A stretch of 64,000 nt of DNA, taken from assembly GCA_964555185.1 (NCBI GenBank), contig CAZKRD010000001.1, forward strand, positions 34,185-98,184, written 5' to 3'. Made by a program: the position numbers and the translations under genes. Position 1 is the first letter of the stretch; each line of letters starts with the position of its first letter. The notes under the pieces were generated by a model. It saw only the letters and a program-made list of their open reading frames with translations, was not told the origin of the DNA and made no database searches. This DNA comes from an uncultured Candidatus Saccharibacteria bacterium (lineage in GTDB: Bacteria; Patescibacteriota; JAQUNI01). Below are positions 28,975-39,821 of the stretch, piece by piece.

Positions 28975-29079
28975 GATAAAATTACAACACTTGCTCTTTT
29001 TCGTTTCTAGTTAGGTTATGAATTCTTTATTTAGAGTGCTTGCACTCCGAAGCTCCGAACGAAGTGAGGAGCGAAGGGG

Positions 29080-29152
29080 TGGACCCAGCGAGATTCGAAC
29101 TCGCGACCTCGCGCATGCCATGCGTGCGCTCTACCAACTGAGCTATGGGCCC
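29080..29152 (-). tRNA. tRNA-Ala(GGC)
   Basis: gggcccatagctcagttggtagagcg...tGGCa...gttcgaatc...gggtcca; G3:U70 pair. Confidence 0.92.
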
Positions 29153-29159
29153 AAAATAA

Positions 29160-29257
29160 TTAAAAGTTTAAAGTGCCTGCCTTGCCGGTAGGCAGGCAAA
29201 GTTCAAAATTTTTAACTTTAAATTCAACCTTTAACTTTGAATTTTGCACTTTAAACT
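29160..29257. repeat. Inverted 7-mer array family A carrying a 21 bp palindrome insertion
   Basis: aaagtg[cctgccttgccggtaggcagg]caaagttcaaa ... ctttgaa ttttgca ctttaaa. Confidence 0.8.
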
Positions 29258-29264
29258 AAATTAG

Positions 29265-29336
29265 TGGGTCTGGTAGGATTCGAACCTACGACTGACTCGT
29301 TATGAGCGAGCTGCTCTACCACTGAGCTACAGACCC
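29265..29336 (-). tRNA. tRNA-CAT, probably Ile2 (lysidine) rather than Met
   Basis: Acceptor GGGTCTG/CAGACCC, loop CTCATAA; lacks initiator GGG/CCC anticodon stem. Confidence 0.85.
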
Positions 29337-29339
29337 GGG

Positions 29340-29645
29340 TTTTCAATTTTTAATGGTTCGACTATACTCACCACCTTGAGCTTGCCGAAGGGTTTACTAA
29401 TCAATTTTCAATTTTCAAGTACCAATTTTCAATCAATTTTCAATAACCAATGACTAAATGTTCAAACTGTTTGAAAATTAAATCTATTTGAAAATTGGGA
29501 TTTGATTGAACATTGGTCCTTGTAAATTGGTAATTCAAACAATATTTTCAAGTACCAATGGTTCGACTATGCTTACCACCCTGCTTACCATCCTGAGCTT
29601 GCCGAAGGGTTTTTAAACAATTTCCAATGTTTTAATGTTTAATTT
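29340..29645. mobile_element. Family B element copy 2, flanked by two GGTTCGACT..GAGCTTGCCGAAGGG units
   Basis: Shared core 29400-29535; units starting ~29355 and ~29560 match the reverse of 42303-42340. Confidence 0.8.
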
Positions 29646-30581
29646 TCACTTCAGTTTAAATCTTCTGAATCTTAGTTGTTTATAGGTCAGAGTCCAGGCT
29701 GTGGATTCAAAGGCCGAGATTAGGCCTGCTGTTACAGCCGCGATTGCAAGTGAAGCAGTAATGATCAAAACCAGCATCACCGGTATGGTCAGGTAGTGGA
29801 GAATCAGCCAGAGAATAATGGCAACAAGCGCGAGCGGGATCAGGAGAATCAGGAAGACCAGGATATAGCCGCAGGAAAGGATTAGGCTTGAGATCGCGAG
29901 CAGGATATGGATGATAATCGTGGGGATCAGGTTTTGGGTCAAGAGCTTATAGGATGCGGCAATAGAGGAAGCGAGCCCTTTGTCTTCTAAAACAATTAGG
30001 ATTACTCCGTACCTTAAAACAAAAAGAGCGACCATAATCAGAATAAATGCAATCAGGCCGCCAACAAAAGCCAAGATAATTGAGGTCAAGATTTTTGCTT
30101 TGAAGACAAGCAGGCCGACAGAAGGACCCAGGAAGACAGCGATAATTACTATTATTGCTAAACCAAAGAGGAAATCAATACTTAAAGTCCGCCAGAAAAA
30201 TTTAGAGCCAACTTTAAGACTTTCGCGGACATTGAGTTTCTGCTTCTTTTTGGTTACTACCTGGTTGACCGCGCAGATTAAGCCTGCTTGAGAAAGACAA
30301 CCCAGGATTACAAAAACAAGGATGATCAGAGTTAAAGCGAAAGCTCCGATAGCTATCCGGAGCGGATGTCCTGCAAAGAAATCAAGAACGCTAGACAGAA
30401 ACCCCTTGAGGTCTAGATTGACCAGGGAGGAATCTTGAATATTAATTCTGAAGCGGGGCGAGAGGTTATTCAAGAGCATTATTCCGGCGCTAAAAAAACC
30501 TAAAACCCAGAGATATTTGTGATACCAGACTATTTTAAGGGATTTTAAGACAGTGTTAAGATAATCTATTTTTGTTTGCAT
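29646..30581 (-). CDS. Multi-pass membrane protein
   Basis: About 6 TM; W.HKYLWVLGFF start; WTLTY end; overlaps ftsH stop. Confidence 0.75.
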   Translation of the reverse strand: MQTKIDYLNTVLKSLKIVWYHKYLWVLGFFSAGIMLLNNLSPRFRINIQDSSLVNLDLKGFLSSVLDFFAGHPLRIAIGAFALTLIILVFVILGCLSQAGLICAVNQVVTKKKQKLNVRESLKVGSKFFWRTLSIDFLFGLAIIVIIAVFLGPSVGLLVFKAKILTSIILAFVGGLIAFILIMVALFVLRYGVILIVLEDKGLASSIAASYKLLTQNLIPTIIIHILLAISSLILSCGYILVFLILLIPLALVAIILWLILHYLTIPVMLVLIITASLAIAAVTAGLISAFESTAWTLTYKQLRFRRFKLK

Positions 30582-32478
30582 GAGCAGATAGGGGTTCGAC
30601 TTTGTTTTTTATTTTTTTGGCTGGCTTTTTATCCTTTTTTGTTCTCAAGCGGGCCGGCCCCATTAGCTTTTCAAAGGCTTCCCGTTCAATCGTTTCCTCG
30701 CTGATCAGTTTTTGGGCAATCAGTTCTAATTTGCCGCCTTTTTTCTCAATCACTTCTTTCGCTTTTTTTAGGGCTTCGGCAATAAAACGTTTCACTTCTT
30801 CGTCAATTTCGCTCGCCACTTTTTCGCCATAATTGCGGTGTTCAGAAATAGTCCGGCCTAAAAAAACCAATTCATCTTTTTCACCAAAGGTCATTGGGCC
30901 TAAAGCTTCACTCATCCCGTATTCAGTGACCAGTTTGCGGGCGAGCTGGGTCGCTTCTTGAAGGTCATTGGTCGCGCCGGTTGTTAATTCGTTAAATATC
31001 TTTTTTTCGGCAGCATGGCCGGCTAAAAGCACGGCCAGTTCATCCAAAAATTCTGATTTAGTATGCAGTTTTTTGTCTTCTAAAGGCAACTTCAGGGTAT
31101 AGCCAGCGACGCGGCCGCGGGCGACAATAGAGATTTTGTGTACAGGGTCAGCATGAGGCAGGGTATGGGCAACCAGGGCGTGGCCTGCTTCGTGATAGGC
31201 CGTGATTTTTTTCTCTTTTTTTGATAGCAGATGACTTTTGCGCTCTGGTCCTAAAAGCACCTTTTCAATCGCGGATAAGAAGTCTTTTTGGCCCACTCTT
31301 TTTTTGTTTTTGCGGGCAGCCGCGATTGCCGCTTCATTAACCAGATTAGCGAGATCAGCGCCAGAGAAGCCAGGCGTCCTTTCCGCCATTTCGCGCAGGT
31401 TCACATCAGACAAAAGTGGTTTTCCCTTGATATGAACTTTTAAGATAGCCTGGCGGTCATCAATATCAGGGAGATCCAAAATCACGCGGCGGTCAAAGCG
31501 TCCAGGACGCAGTAGGGCCGGATCTAGGACATCAGGCCGGTTAGTCGCGGCAATGATGATTACGTTGGCGTTCTGTTCAAATCCGTCCATTTCAACCAGG
31601 ATTTGATTCAGGGTTTGTTCGCGCTCATCATGGGACCCGCCCAAGCCTGCGCCGCGCTGTCTTCCGACTGCGTCAATTTCGTCTAAGAAAACGATCGCCG
31701 GCGCGGCCTTTTTCGCTTTTTGGAAAAGTGATCTAACCCGACTAGCTCCGACTCCGACAAACATCTCCACAAACTCGGAGCCGGACATATGAAAAAAGGG
31801 CACATTGGCTTCGCCAGCCACGGCGCGGGCCAAGAGCGTCTTGCCTGTGCCGGGAGGGCCGATCAGCATCGCGCCTTTGGGAATTTTGGCTCCAATTGCT
31901 AAGTATTTGCGCGGGTGGCGCAGGAAGTCCACCACTTCTCGCAGTTCTTCTTTTGCTTCTTTACAGCCAGCAACGTCTAGGAAGGTAGTCCTTTTTTGCT
32001 TGGGGTCTTCGGGTTTAGCTTCGCGGGCGCGATCCTGGCCAAAAGACATTGCGGTCCGGTTGCCGCGCTGGACGCCGCGGAACATAAACCAGATAAAACC
32101 GCCGATCAGGAGAATAGGCAGTAAAAAAGGCAGGATCGTATTGAGCCAGAGTTTGCTTCCAGATAAGTCCTTAACCTTAATATCAACCCTGTCTGTTTTT
32201 TCTTGGGAAACGCCAAGCGAGGCTAAGGAATCAAAAAAGGAGACTCCAATTTCCTTTTGGGCTTCTTGTAAAGAACCGTCATTAAGTTCAATTTTGAGCC
32301 TGTCTTCCTCGATTTCAATCGCTTTGACTCTTTCCTTTTTAATTTCCTGGGCTAGCGTGGTCAGAGAGACGGTTTCTTTCTTTTCTAATTCCGGATTATT
32401 GTAAAGGGAAAAGATGCCGGCAATCGCCAAAAAGACGATAAAGGCAAGGATCAGATTTTTAACTATTTTTTTCATCAT
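30556..32478 (-). CDS. ftsH: ATP-dependent zinc metalloprotease FtsH
   Basis: [26 protein letters not shown]. Confidence 0.98.
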   Translation of the reverse strand: MMKKIVKNLILAFIVFLAIAGIFSLYNNPELEKKETVSLTTLAQEIKKERVKAIEIEEDRLKIELNDGSLQEAQKEIGVSFFDSLASLGVSQEKTDRVDIKVKDLSGSKLWLNTILPFLLPILLIGGFIWFMFRGVQRGNRTAMSFGQDRAREAKPEDPKQKRTTFLDVAGCKEAKEELREVVDFLRHPRKYLAIGAKIPKGAMLIGPPGTGKTLLARAVAGEANVPFFHMSGSEFVEMFVGVGASRVRSLFQKAKKAAPAIVFLDEIDAVGRQRGAGLGGSHDEREQTLNQILVEMDGFEQNANVIIIAATNRPDVLDPALLRPGRFDRRVILDLPDIDDRQAILKVHIKGKPLLSDVNLREMAERTPGFSGADLANLVNEAAIAAARKNKKRVGQKDFLSAIEKVLLGPERKSHLLSKKEKKITAYHEAGHALVAHTLPHADPVHKISIVARGRVAGYTLKLPLEDKKLHTKSEFLDELAVLLAGHAAEKKIFNELTTGATNDLQEATQLARKLVTEYGMSEALGPMTFGEKDELVFLGRTISEHRNYGEKVASEIDEEVKRFIAEALKKAKEVIEKKGGKLELIAQKLISEETIEREAFEKLMGPARLRTKKDKKPAKKIKNKVEPLSAHANKNRLS

Positions 32479-33422
32479 TGTTTCTTGTTTAAAAACAAGC
32501 GAATTCTACCATCTTTTTTGAGAATTTGCAATCCGCGCGGCAGATTCTTTTTTTTGTTGCCGAAGCTAGTTGCGAGCATATTTACCGTTTCTTCAATATG
32601 GACAGCGTAGATGTCTTGGAGGCTGCCCGAGAGGTTAAAAATCGCTTGGCGCAGGGTTTCCCTTTTTAGCGCGCGGGGCAGGGCTTGCCATGATTTTAAA
32701 GGGAGGTTTGCAGGATTTTTGGCAATGAATTCCCGGGCTCTAGCAGTAAGGTATTGATTTGTTTCTTGGGCAAGCAGAGCCAGATTTAGGATGCTCTTTT
32801 TGAAATTGGGATTATATTCTCGGGTTAAAAGAGGGATCAGTTCATGGCGGATCCGGTTGCGGGTAAAGGCAGGATCTAAATTTGTTTTATCCAGGCAGAA
32901 AGGGAGCTTGTTTTTTTTAAGGTAGGCAAGGATTTTTTGATGTGAGCAGGCAAGAAGCGGCCTGATAATTCTGTTGTTTTGGTAACGGATCCCAGAGAGG
33001 CCAGCAAGCCCCGCTCCCCGCAAAAGGTGTAAAAGAATGGTTTCGATCTGATCATCTTGACTGTGGCCAGTGGCGATTTTTTGTGCCCCTTTTTGTTTCC
33101 TGACTGTTTCTAGAAATTGATAGCGCGCTTTTCGCGCCTCTTCTTCGCTTTTGGGTTTATGGTCAAGTTTTTCATCAACGAGAGACAGGTTGAGCCTGCG
33201 GGCGAACTTTTGAACAAAGCAGTTGTCTTGATCGCTCTCTTTTCCGCGCAAGCCATGGTTTAGGTGGGCCAAGATAATCTCAAACTCCAATTCTTTTTGG
33301 AGAGATTTTAAAAGATGAGCAAGACAAACAGAATCCGGCCCGCCAGAGAGAGCAATGATCACGGTGTTCCCGGGTTTTAGGAGTTTATTTTCTTGGAGAG
33401 TGTCTTTGACTTTACTAAGCAT
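32475..33422 (-). CDS. tilS: tRNA(Ile)-lysidine synthetase
   Basis: SGGPDS, H.NHGLR, ARY.FL, H.QDDQ.ET, RPLL, RNRIR; start moved to MLSKVK. Confidence 0.95.
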   Translation of the reverse strand: MLSKVKDTLQENKLLKPGNTVIIALSGGPDSVCLAHLLKSLQKELEFEIILAHLNHGLRGKESDQDNCFVQKFARRLNLSLVDEKLDHKPKSEEEARKARYQFLETVRKQKGAQKIATGHSQDDQIETILLHLLRGAGLAGLSGIRYQNNRIIRPLLACSHQKILAYLKKNKLPFCLDKTNLDPAFTRNRIRHELIPLLTREYNPNFKKSILNLALLAQETNQYLTARAREFIAKNPANLPLKSWQALPRALKRETLRQAIFNLSGSLQDIYAVHIEETVNMLATSFGNKKKNLPRGLQILKKDGRIRLFLNKKQ

Positions 33423-33427
33423 ATTTA

Positions 33428-33552
33428 AAAAATCCAAATGCCAAAATCCAAATGCCAAATCAATAACCAATGTCAAATTTCAAATGACAAATTAATTTGA
33501 CATTAAGTTATTTGTAATTGATTTGACATTTGATATTTGAAATTTGGAATTA
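33428..33552. repeat. Inverted 7-mer array (AAATGCC/AAATGTC type)
   Basis: aaatcca aatgcca aaatcca aatgcca...aatgtca / tgacatt tgatatt tgaaatt; fills rpsA-tilS gap. Confidence 0.75.
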
Positions 33553-33556
33553 ATAA

Positions 33557-34801
33557 TCAAGACTTTCTGGTTGGTTTCTTGGGTTTAGCTTTAGGCTTGG
33601 CTTTAGATTTAGGCTTGGCTTTAGCTTGAGCTTTAGGTTTAGCTTTAGATTGAGGCTTGGCTTCTTCTTCTTCAAGCGCCTTAATCGACAGACCGAGCCG
33701 GTGTTCCTCTGGTTCAATCGAGAGGATTTTGAATTTTCTCTTTTGCCCCACATTGAGCAGGTCTTCAAGTTTTTTCTTATCTCCTGAAGTGATTTCAGAG
33801 ATATGGGCCAGGCCGTGAATATCGCGATCCAATTGGACAAAGGCGCCAAAGGGCGAGAGTTTAGTAATTTCACCTTCTACTATTTTTCCTATTTTATACT
33901 TCCGCGCTTTTTTCTCCCAAGGGTCTTTTTTTAAGGCTTTTAAGGAGAGAGAGATCCGCGAGGAGTCAATGCTGATAATTTTTGCTTTAACCTTGTCTCC
34001 CATTTTGATTACGTCTTCTGGATTTTCAATCCTTTTCCAGGCCAATTCTGAAATATGGATCAGGCCCTCTAGGCCGTCAAAACGGATAAAAGCGCCAAAA
34101 TCAACAACGCCGGTGATCTCTCCGGAAACGATATTGCCCACTTTTAATTTTTCAATAATCTTCTTTTGCTTTTCCGCCGAGGCCTGTTTTTCGGAAATGA
34201 TCAGACGGTCTTCTTCCTGGTTTGAGTCAATGATTTTTACTTTCAATGTCTCGTTGATTAGGTTATTGAGTTTAGCTAAGATTTTGTTTCTATCTGCGCC
34301 TTCGACTCTAGGATAATGTTTGTGGTGCAGTTGGGAGACCGGGAGGAAGGCGGGGATTCCTTTGATTTGAGTTATTAAGCCCCCTTTATTGGCTTGATTG
34401 ACTTTAACCTCAATCGTTTCTTCTTTTTTGATTATTTCATTGATTTCGCGCCAAGCCGCTTCTCGGTGGGCCTTTTTTGAGGAGAGCTCCATCTTGCCTG
34501 CTTCATTTTCTATTTCTAAAACCGTGGCCGTTATTTTGTCGCCTAATTTGATTTTTTTCTCGGGATCCTCGTAAAGTTCAGGGCCGCGAATTACGCCTAC
34601 GCCAATTCCGGCGATGTCTACTTCGATTTCATTTTTGGAAACAGAAATTGCCTTTCCCTCAATCATGTCGTCTATTTGAGGGATTTTAAAAAGAGCGCCC
34701 TTTTTTTTCAGCAGTTTCTCCATGTCCGTTCCTTGTTTGGTTTTGGCCTCCTCTTGTTTCTTGATTAATTTGCTTAAATTTTTGCTTAAATCTTTATTCA
34801 T
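33557..34801 (-). CDS. rpsA: 30S ribosomal protein S1 (four S1 domains, AKPK-rich tail)
   Basis: NKGGL..AFLPVSQL, FGAFI..GLIHISEL, FGAFV..GLAHISEI. Confidence 0.92.
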   Translation of the reverse strand: MNKDLSKNLSKLIKKQEEAKTKQGTDMEKLLKKKGALFKIPQIDDMIEGKAISVSKNEIEVDIAGIGVGVIRGPELYEDPEKKIKLGDKITATVLEIENEAGKMELSSKKAHREAAWREINEIIKKEETIEVKVNQANKGGLITQIKGIPAFLPVSQLHHKHYPRVEGADRNKILAKLNNLINETLKVKIIDSNQEEDRLIISEKQASAEKQKKIIEKLKVGNIVSGEITGVVDFGAFIRFDGLEGLIHISELAWKRIENPEDVIKMGDKVKAKIISIDSSRISLSLKALKKDPWEKKARKYKIGKIVEGEITKLSPFGAFVQLDRDIHGLAHISEITSGDKKKLEDLLNVGQKRKFKILSIEPEEHRLGLSIKALEEEEAKPQSKAKPKAQAKAKPKSKAKPKAKPKKPTRKS

Positions 34802-34894
34802 ACAAGGGTATTGTAGTCATAAAGCGGCTTGTTGTCAAATGCTTTATTTCGTGTTAAACTTGTGGTAGTTTCTATCTTACTTAATGTCCAACCT

Positions 34895-35533
34895 ATGATT
34901 ATTACCTGGTTTGGTCAATCCTGCTTCAATATTCAAGACAAAAACTTGACTCTGCTGACCGATCCTTTTGGACTGGCTACAGGCTTAAAGCCGACCAAGG
35001 CCAAGGCGGACGTGGTTACAGTAAGTCACGCGCATAACGACCATAACTACTTAAACGGCGTGATGGGTAACCCGTTTGTAATCAATGAACCCGGAGAATA
35101 CGAGGTGAAGGGTGCATATATCCTCGGCATCCCCTGTTTCCATGATCAAAAAGAGGGCCGAGAGCGCGGGACGAACATTATTTACCGTTATTCGATTGAA
35201 GGGATGACCCTGGTTCATTTAGGGGACTTGGGACACCTGCTTTCGGAGGAGATCATTCACCGTTTGGGTAATGTAGATATCCTTTTCGTGCCGGTGGGTG
35301 GTGTTTACACCTTGGCTGTTGACAAGATCCCAGAGTTGATTAGCCAGATTGAGCCCCGATTAGTGATTCCAATGCATTACAAGCTGCCGGGCTTGAAATT
35401 TTCCTTGGAGCCTCTTTCTAGGTTCTGTGGAGAGATGGGGATTTCCTCTGGATCCAAGCTTCCGAAGTTAAAGATCAAGAAGAAGGACTGTTTGAGCGAG
35501 AAAACCGAAATCAAAATTCTAGAAAAACATTAG
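34895..35533 (+). CDS. MBL-fold metallo-hydrolase (Lactamase_B_3 type)
   Basis: ITWFGQSCF, SHAHNDH, PGEYEV, HLGDLG, IPMHY. Confidence 0.9.
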   Translation: MIITWFGQSCFNIQDKNLTLLTDPFGLATGLKPTKAKADVVTVSHAHNDHNYLNGVMGNPFVINEPGEYEVKGAYILGIPCFHDQKEGRERGTNIIYRYSIEGMTLVHLGDLGHLLSEEIIHRLGNVDILFVPVGGVYTLAVDKIPELISQIEPRLVIPMHYKLPGLKFSLEPLSRFCGEMGISSGSKLPKLKIKKKDCLSEKTEIKILEKH

Positions 35534-35648
35534 AGATTTAGAGATTTTTTTCAGGATTGATTTTTTATCCGCCGAAGCTTTAGCTTCGAGGAATTTCGCT
35601 TCATCAAAAGAACAAAAGATACCATGGACTTAGAGTTCATAGAGTTTC

Positions 35649-36266
35649 ATGTTGCTTAAAGAAAGTGAATCTTTTAGGAAAAAATTAGCCTTTTTTTTAG
35701 TGGCAGTAAGCGGCTTAGGGGTATTTATTTTTTGGCTTTTAACCGTTGATTTTGAAATTAAGGGGGTGGAGCTGCCTCCCAGCCGGTCAGACTTTGGCCA
35801 GGTTTTAGAATCAAAGAAAGCTTTTCAAAAGGCCCAGAGCAGCCTGGAACAGGCAAAAGAGGAGCTAATACCAGAAGAGTCTGGCAGTCAGATTATTGTC
35901 GAACGGGAAGTGGGGCAAACTCAAGAAAAGATGGGCTTGCGGGTCACTTGCTTTAATTTTGTTTTTAAACAAGAGGAAACTTGGGTTTATTTGGGCTTAG
36001 AGAATCGTAATCAGAATCGTGTGCTTTTGCGTGCTTCTTCGGAAGATCAGATCAAAATTATTCAAGACAACCAGGAATTCTTCGAGCTTAATAAAGAGAA
36101 GTTCCTTGATTATCCCCTCCCTGACATCATTGAAGGCCAAGAAGAAATAACGGGCACTCTGCATTTTAAGGGCCTTAATCCGGAAAAGTCTTTAATGCTG
36201 TTTATTTCCGGCGTGAAAATTGAAGGAGAGCAGGAACATTTTAACTTTTTATTTAAAATTGACTGA
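35649..36266 (+). CDS. Membrane-anchored hypothetical protein
   Basis: N-terminal TM, beta-rich C-terminal domain. Confidence 0.65.
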   Translation: MLLKESESFRKKLAFFLVAVSGLGVFIFWLLTVDFEIKGVELPPSRSDFGQVLESKKAFQKAQSSLEQAKEELIPEESGSQIIVEREVGQTQEKMGLRVTCFNFVFKQEETWVYLGLENRNQNRVLLRASSEDQIKIIQDNQEFFELNKEKFLDYPLPDIIEGQEEITGTLHFKGLNPEKSLMLFISGVKIEGEQEHFNFLFKID

Positions 36267-36296
36267 TGATCCTGTCAATTCTTATCATCAATCCAA

Positions 36297-38738
36297 ATGG
36301 AAATCGGCTATATCAAAAAACGTTGTATCACGGAAGAGATGGAGGAGTCTTATTTGGATTACGCGATGAGCGTGATTATTGACCGCGCCCTCCCTGATGT
36401 CCGAGACGGTCTGAAACCAGCCCACCGGCGGATTTTAGTGACCTTGAATGATTTGGGCCTAAAACCAAGGGGTCGTTTTCGCAAGTCAGCCAAAATCTGC
36501 GGCGATGTTTCTGGTAATTATCACCCGCACGGCGAAGCGATTGTTTATCCCTCAATGGTTCATCTGGCCCAGACCTTTAAGATGCGCTATCCGCTGGTTG
36601 ACAGCCAGGGCAACTTTGGCTCGATTGACGGCGATCGGCCGGCGGCGATGCGTTACACGGAAGCGAGAATGAAGGTTTATACCGAGGAGACCCTAAAAGA
36701 CCTCTATAAAGATACGGTTGATTGGCGCGATAATTATGACGGCACCAGACGCGAGCCTGTGGTTCTGCCCGGTCTTTTCCCTGCTTTGATTTTAAACGGT
36801 ACGATCGGGATTGCGGTTGGGATGGCGACAAACATTCCGCCTCATAATTTGGGCGAGGTAATTGATGCCTTGATTTATTTGATTGGTCATCGGGAGAAAG
36901 CAACCGTGGAGGACCTGATGCGCTATATCAAGGGTCCGGACTTTCCGACCGGAGGCCAGATTTACGACCAAAAAGAAATCAAGCAAGCTTATGCTTTAGG
37001 CAAGGGTTCGATTGTGATGCGCGCCCGGACCCAAATCCTGGAATCAAGGCCCGGGGGCTATGAAATTACGGTTACGGAACTCCCCTATCAGGTTAACAAA
37101 GCTACTCTAATCGAGAAGATTGCGGAGTTAGTGAAGAATAAGAAAATCCAGGGGATTCGCGATATCCGCGATGAGTCTGACCGTCAAGGCATCCGTTTGG
37201 TCATTTTTTTGAAAAAAGACGCTTATCCGCAAAAGGTTTTGAATCGCCTTTTTGTCTTAACCCAGTTGCAGTCAACTTTTCACGTTAATATGCTCGCCCT
37301 GGTGGACGGGATTCAACCCCGGGTTCTGCCCCTAGAACAGATGTTGGAGTGTTATTTAGACCATCGTTTTGAGGTTGTCAGCCGGCGCAGCGAGTTTGAA
37401 CTAGCCGAGGCGCGCTCGCGCGAGCATATTTTAGAAGGGTTAAAGAGAGCTTTGGATAAACTTGATCAAGTGATCACCACGATCCGCAAGAGCAGGGATA
37501 AAGAGTTGGCCCAGAATAATTTGATTAAAAAATTTAAATTCACGGACAAACAAGCAGCCGCTATTTTAGAGATGCGCTTGTCCAGCTTAGCCGGCCTGGA
37601 GCGCAAGAAGGTTTTAGATGAACTGAGTGAGAAAAAGTCCTTAATCGCTAAACTTAAAGGCATTCTGGCTTCCAAGAAAAGGATTTGGGGAGTGGTCAAA
37701 AAGGAATTAGAAGGACTGAAGGAAAAGTATGCTGACCCTCGCCGGACCCGTGTTTTTAAGCGCAAGGTCAGTGAATTTTCGGAAGAGGATTTGATTGCGG
37801 ATGAAGAGACGATTATTACTCTAACCCGCGGCGGCTATATCAAAAGGATGCAAACTGATGTCTACCGTGCTCAAAGCCGGGGTGGCAAGGGGGTTAGCAG
37901 TCAGAAGGTCAAAGAAGAAGACGTGGTTGACTACTGCTTTACCACGACCACTCACTCTAATTTGTATTTCTTTACGGACCAAGGCCGGGTTTTCCAGATT
38001 AGGACCTACGAGATTCCAGAATCAAGCCGCACGGCTCGCGGCCAGCTGATCGTGAATTTTATCCAGATCGGGGCAGACGAGAAAGTAACCGCGGTAGTGG
38101 ACATTCCGAAAAAACACAAATTTCGCTATTTGGTAATGGCAACTAGAGGCGGAGTGGTGAAGAAAACCAAATTAGAGGAGTATGCTAACGTGCGTCCTTC
38201 TGGTCTGGTTGCGATCCGTCTGCGGAGAGGAGATGTCTTGGAATGGGTAGAGCCTTCCACTGGTTTTGATGAGGTGATTTTAGCAACCAAGGCCGGTCAG
38301 GCGATTCGTTTTTTGGAAAAAGACGCCCGGCCAATGGGAAGGGCCGCTGCCGGAGTGAAAGGGATTGCTTTGCGTGAAGGCGACCAAATGATTGCGATGG
38401 AAATTATTCCGCGCAAGTATTCGATTATCGGCTTTCAGGTCTTGGTGGTGACAGAGAACGGTTATGGCAAACGGACGCCATTAAAATTTTACAAAGTGCA
38501 GAAACGGGGCGGTAAGGGTTTGAAAACCGCGAAAGTAACCGCCAAAAACGGTAATCTGGTCGCGATGAAGCTATTAGGCAAGGAAGAGAGGGATTTGATC
38601 CTGGTTTCGTCCCGCGGTCAAATCATCCGCATTCCAGCCGGAAGCATTTCCGAGCAATCAAGAGCGACCCAGGGGGTAACCCTGATGCGCTTTAAGGATA
38701 AGGATAAGGATAAGGTAGCGAACGTGACTTGGGTCTAA
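36297..38738 (+). CDS. gyrA: DNA gyrase subunit A
   Basis: YAMSVI..RALPDVRDGLKP, YHPHG, AAMRYTE, GyrA-box QSRGGKG. Confidence 0.98.
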   Translation: MEIGYIKKRCITEEMEESYLDYAMSVIIDRALPDVRDGLKPAHRRILVTLNDLGLKPRGRFRKSAKICGDVSGNYHPHGEAIVYPSMVHLAQTFKMRYPLVDSQGNFGSIDGDRPAAMRYTEARMKVYTEETLKDLYKDTVDWRDNYDGTRREPVVLPGLFPALILNGTIGIAVGMATNIPPHNLGEVIDALIYLIGHREKATVEDLMRYIKGPDFPTGGQIYDQKEIKQAYALGKGSIVMRARTQILESRPGGYEITVTELPYQVNKATLIEKIAELVKNKKIQGIRDIRDESDRQGIRLVIFLKKDAYPQKVLNRLFVLTQLQSTFHVNMLALVDGIQPRVLPLEQMLECYLDHRFEVVSRRSEFELAEARSREHILEGLKRALDKLDQVITTIRKSRDKELAQNNLIKKFKFTDKQAAAILEMRLSSLAGLERKKVLDELSEKKSLIAKLKGILASKKRIWGVVKKELEGLKEKYADPRRTRVFKRKVSEFSEEDLIADEETIITLTRGGYIKRMQTDVYRAQSRGGKGVSSQKVKEEDVVDYCFTTTTHSNLYFFTDQGRVFQIRTYEIPESSRTARGQLIVNFIQIGADEKVTAVVDIPKKHKFRYLVMATRGGVVKKTKLEEYANVRPSGLVAIRLRRGDVLEWVEPSTGFDEVILATKAGQAIRFLEKDARPMGRAAAGVKGIALREGDQMIAMEIIPRKYSIIGFQVLVVTENGYGKRTPLKFYKVQKRGGKGLKTAKVTAKNGNLVAMKLLGKEERDLILVSSRGQIIRIPAGSISEQSRATQGVTLMRFKDKDKDKVANVTWV

Positions 38739-38796
38739 AGGTAAGTCAAAAATTAAATATCAAAGATACAGATTAAAAGTTAAACATTGGAGAATG

Positions 38797-38819
38797 CCGG
38801 GCAGGATGCCCGGTTTTTT
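38797..38819 (+). terminator. Intrinsic terminator after gyrA
   Basis: ccgggca-gga-tgcccgg followed by T run. Confidence 0.75.
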
Positions 38820-38835
38820 GAAATAAAAAAGATCT

Positions 38836-39303
38836 CTAGAGAAAAAAGAGATCTTGAGCGCAGTAAAGGGCCGGATTTGCCAGGAATTTAAAAGCATGAA
38901 TAACTACTAGAACTTCAGCCGTCAGACAGATGCCTCCCAGTAGGCCTGTGGGAAATTCGTCTTCCAGTTGATACATCATAGTGAAGAAGGCGAAAGCATA
39001 AGCAGCCATTATCACAATAAATATCCACCCTTCACCTAAGAGATAAAGAAAGTGGATAGAGAGCGCAACCAGTAGTATGTAGAGCGGGCTTAAACAAATT
39101 TTGACCCAGGGCAGAAAATGGCCGATGACAAAGCTCAATCCTATACCACCGAGGGTGAAAATAAGTAGAAAGTTCGCTGTCATAACAAAGCTATAGCGGA
39201 GAGACAATGAAAAGAGCAGACCAAGGCCCAAAGCTGTGATAACAGCAGTAGAAATCACGAATTGCTTCTCGCCTGCTTCCATCCAGTATTCTGAATCTCT
39301 CAT
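38836..39303 (-). CDS. Hypothetical multi-TM protein
   Basis: Hydrophobic ORF; AAGGAG before ATG 39303 (MRDSEY). Confidence 0.65.
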   Translation of the reverse strand: MRDSEYWMEAGEKQFVISTAVITALGLGLLFSLSLRYSFVMTANFLLIFTLGGIGLSFVIGHFLPWVKICLSPLYILLVALSIHFLYLLGEGWIFIVIMAAYAFAFFTMMYQLEDEFPTGLLGGICLTAEVLVVIHAFKFLANPALYCAQDLFFL

Positions 39304-39329
39304 CTTCAGTCTCCTTTCAGAATTTTTGG

Positions 39330-39782
39330 TCAGGATATTCGTTTTACCGCCTCTATAATAAGAACGATCAACAAAAACTCGATCCCAACCCCAAATAACC
39401 ATCTGGCTTTTAATGGACTGTCAGGTCCGAGGTAGTAGGTGGGGGAATAGATAGTCAGGAACATGCCACCTAATAAGCAGATTAGGGCCACGCCATCCAG
39501 GACATCTGGCCAGGGCGAAAGGCGGCAGCCAATGATCATAATACAACCACAGGCTAAGATGAAAGCTCCCAAAAAAGTCAGGGCCTTTCTGGAAAATAGA
39601 GAGGCAACCACGGAAACCACGATAGCACCAAGAGTCGTGAAGAGGGCAGCATAGATACAATTCTCCAGTGTGAGAACTTTGGTTATTAAAGGAACAAAGA
39701 ATGTGCCTAGCGCTACAATGGTAGCTAGGCCCGTAGCGATCAGGACTATGTTGTTATCTAATCTTTGCTTTAATCCAGCCAT
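39330..39782 (-). CDS. Hypothetical multi-TM protein
   Basis: About 5 TM; AAGGAG RBS. Confidence 0.65.
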   Translation of the reverse strand: MAGLKQRLDNNIVLIATGLATIVALGTFFVPLITKVLTLENCIYAALFTTLGAIVVSVVASLFSRKALTFLGAFILACGCIMIIGCRLSPWPDVLDGVALICLLGGMFLTIYSPTYYLGPDSPLKARWLFGVGIEFLLIVLIIEAVKRIS

Positions 39783-39821
39783 TATTAGGTCTCCTTTCCT
39801 TTCTCGGTGTTCGATGTGAGC

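Noticed and set aside
36297-38738. parC rather than gyrA because gyrB is not adjacent
   Set aside because: GyrA-box QSRGGKG is present
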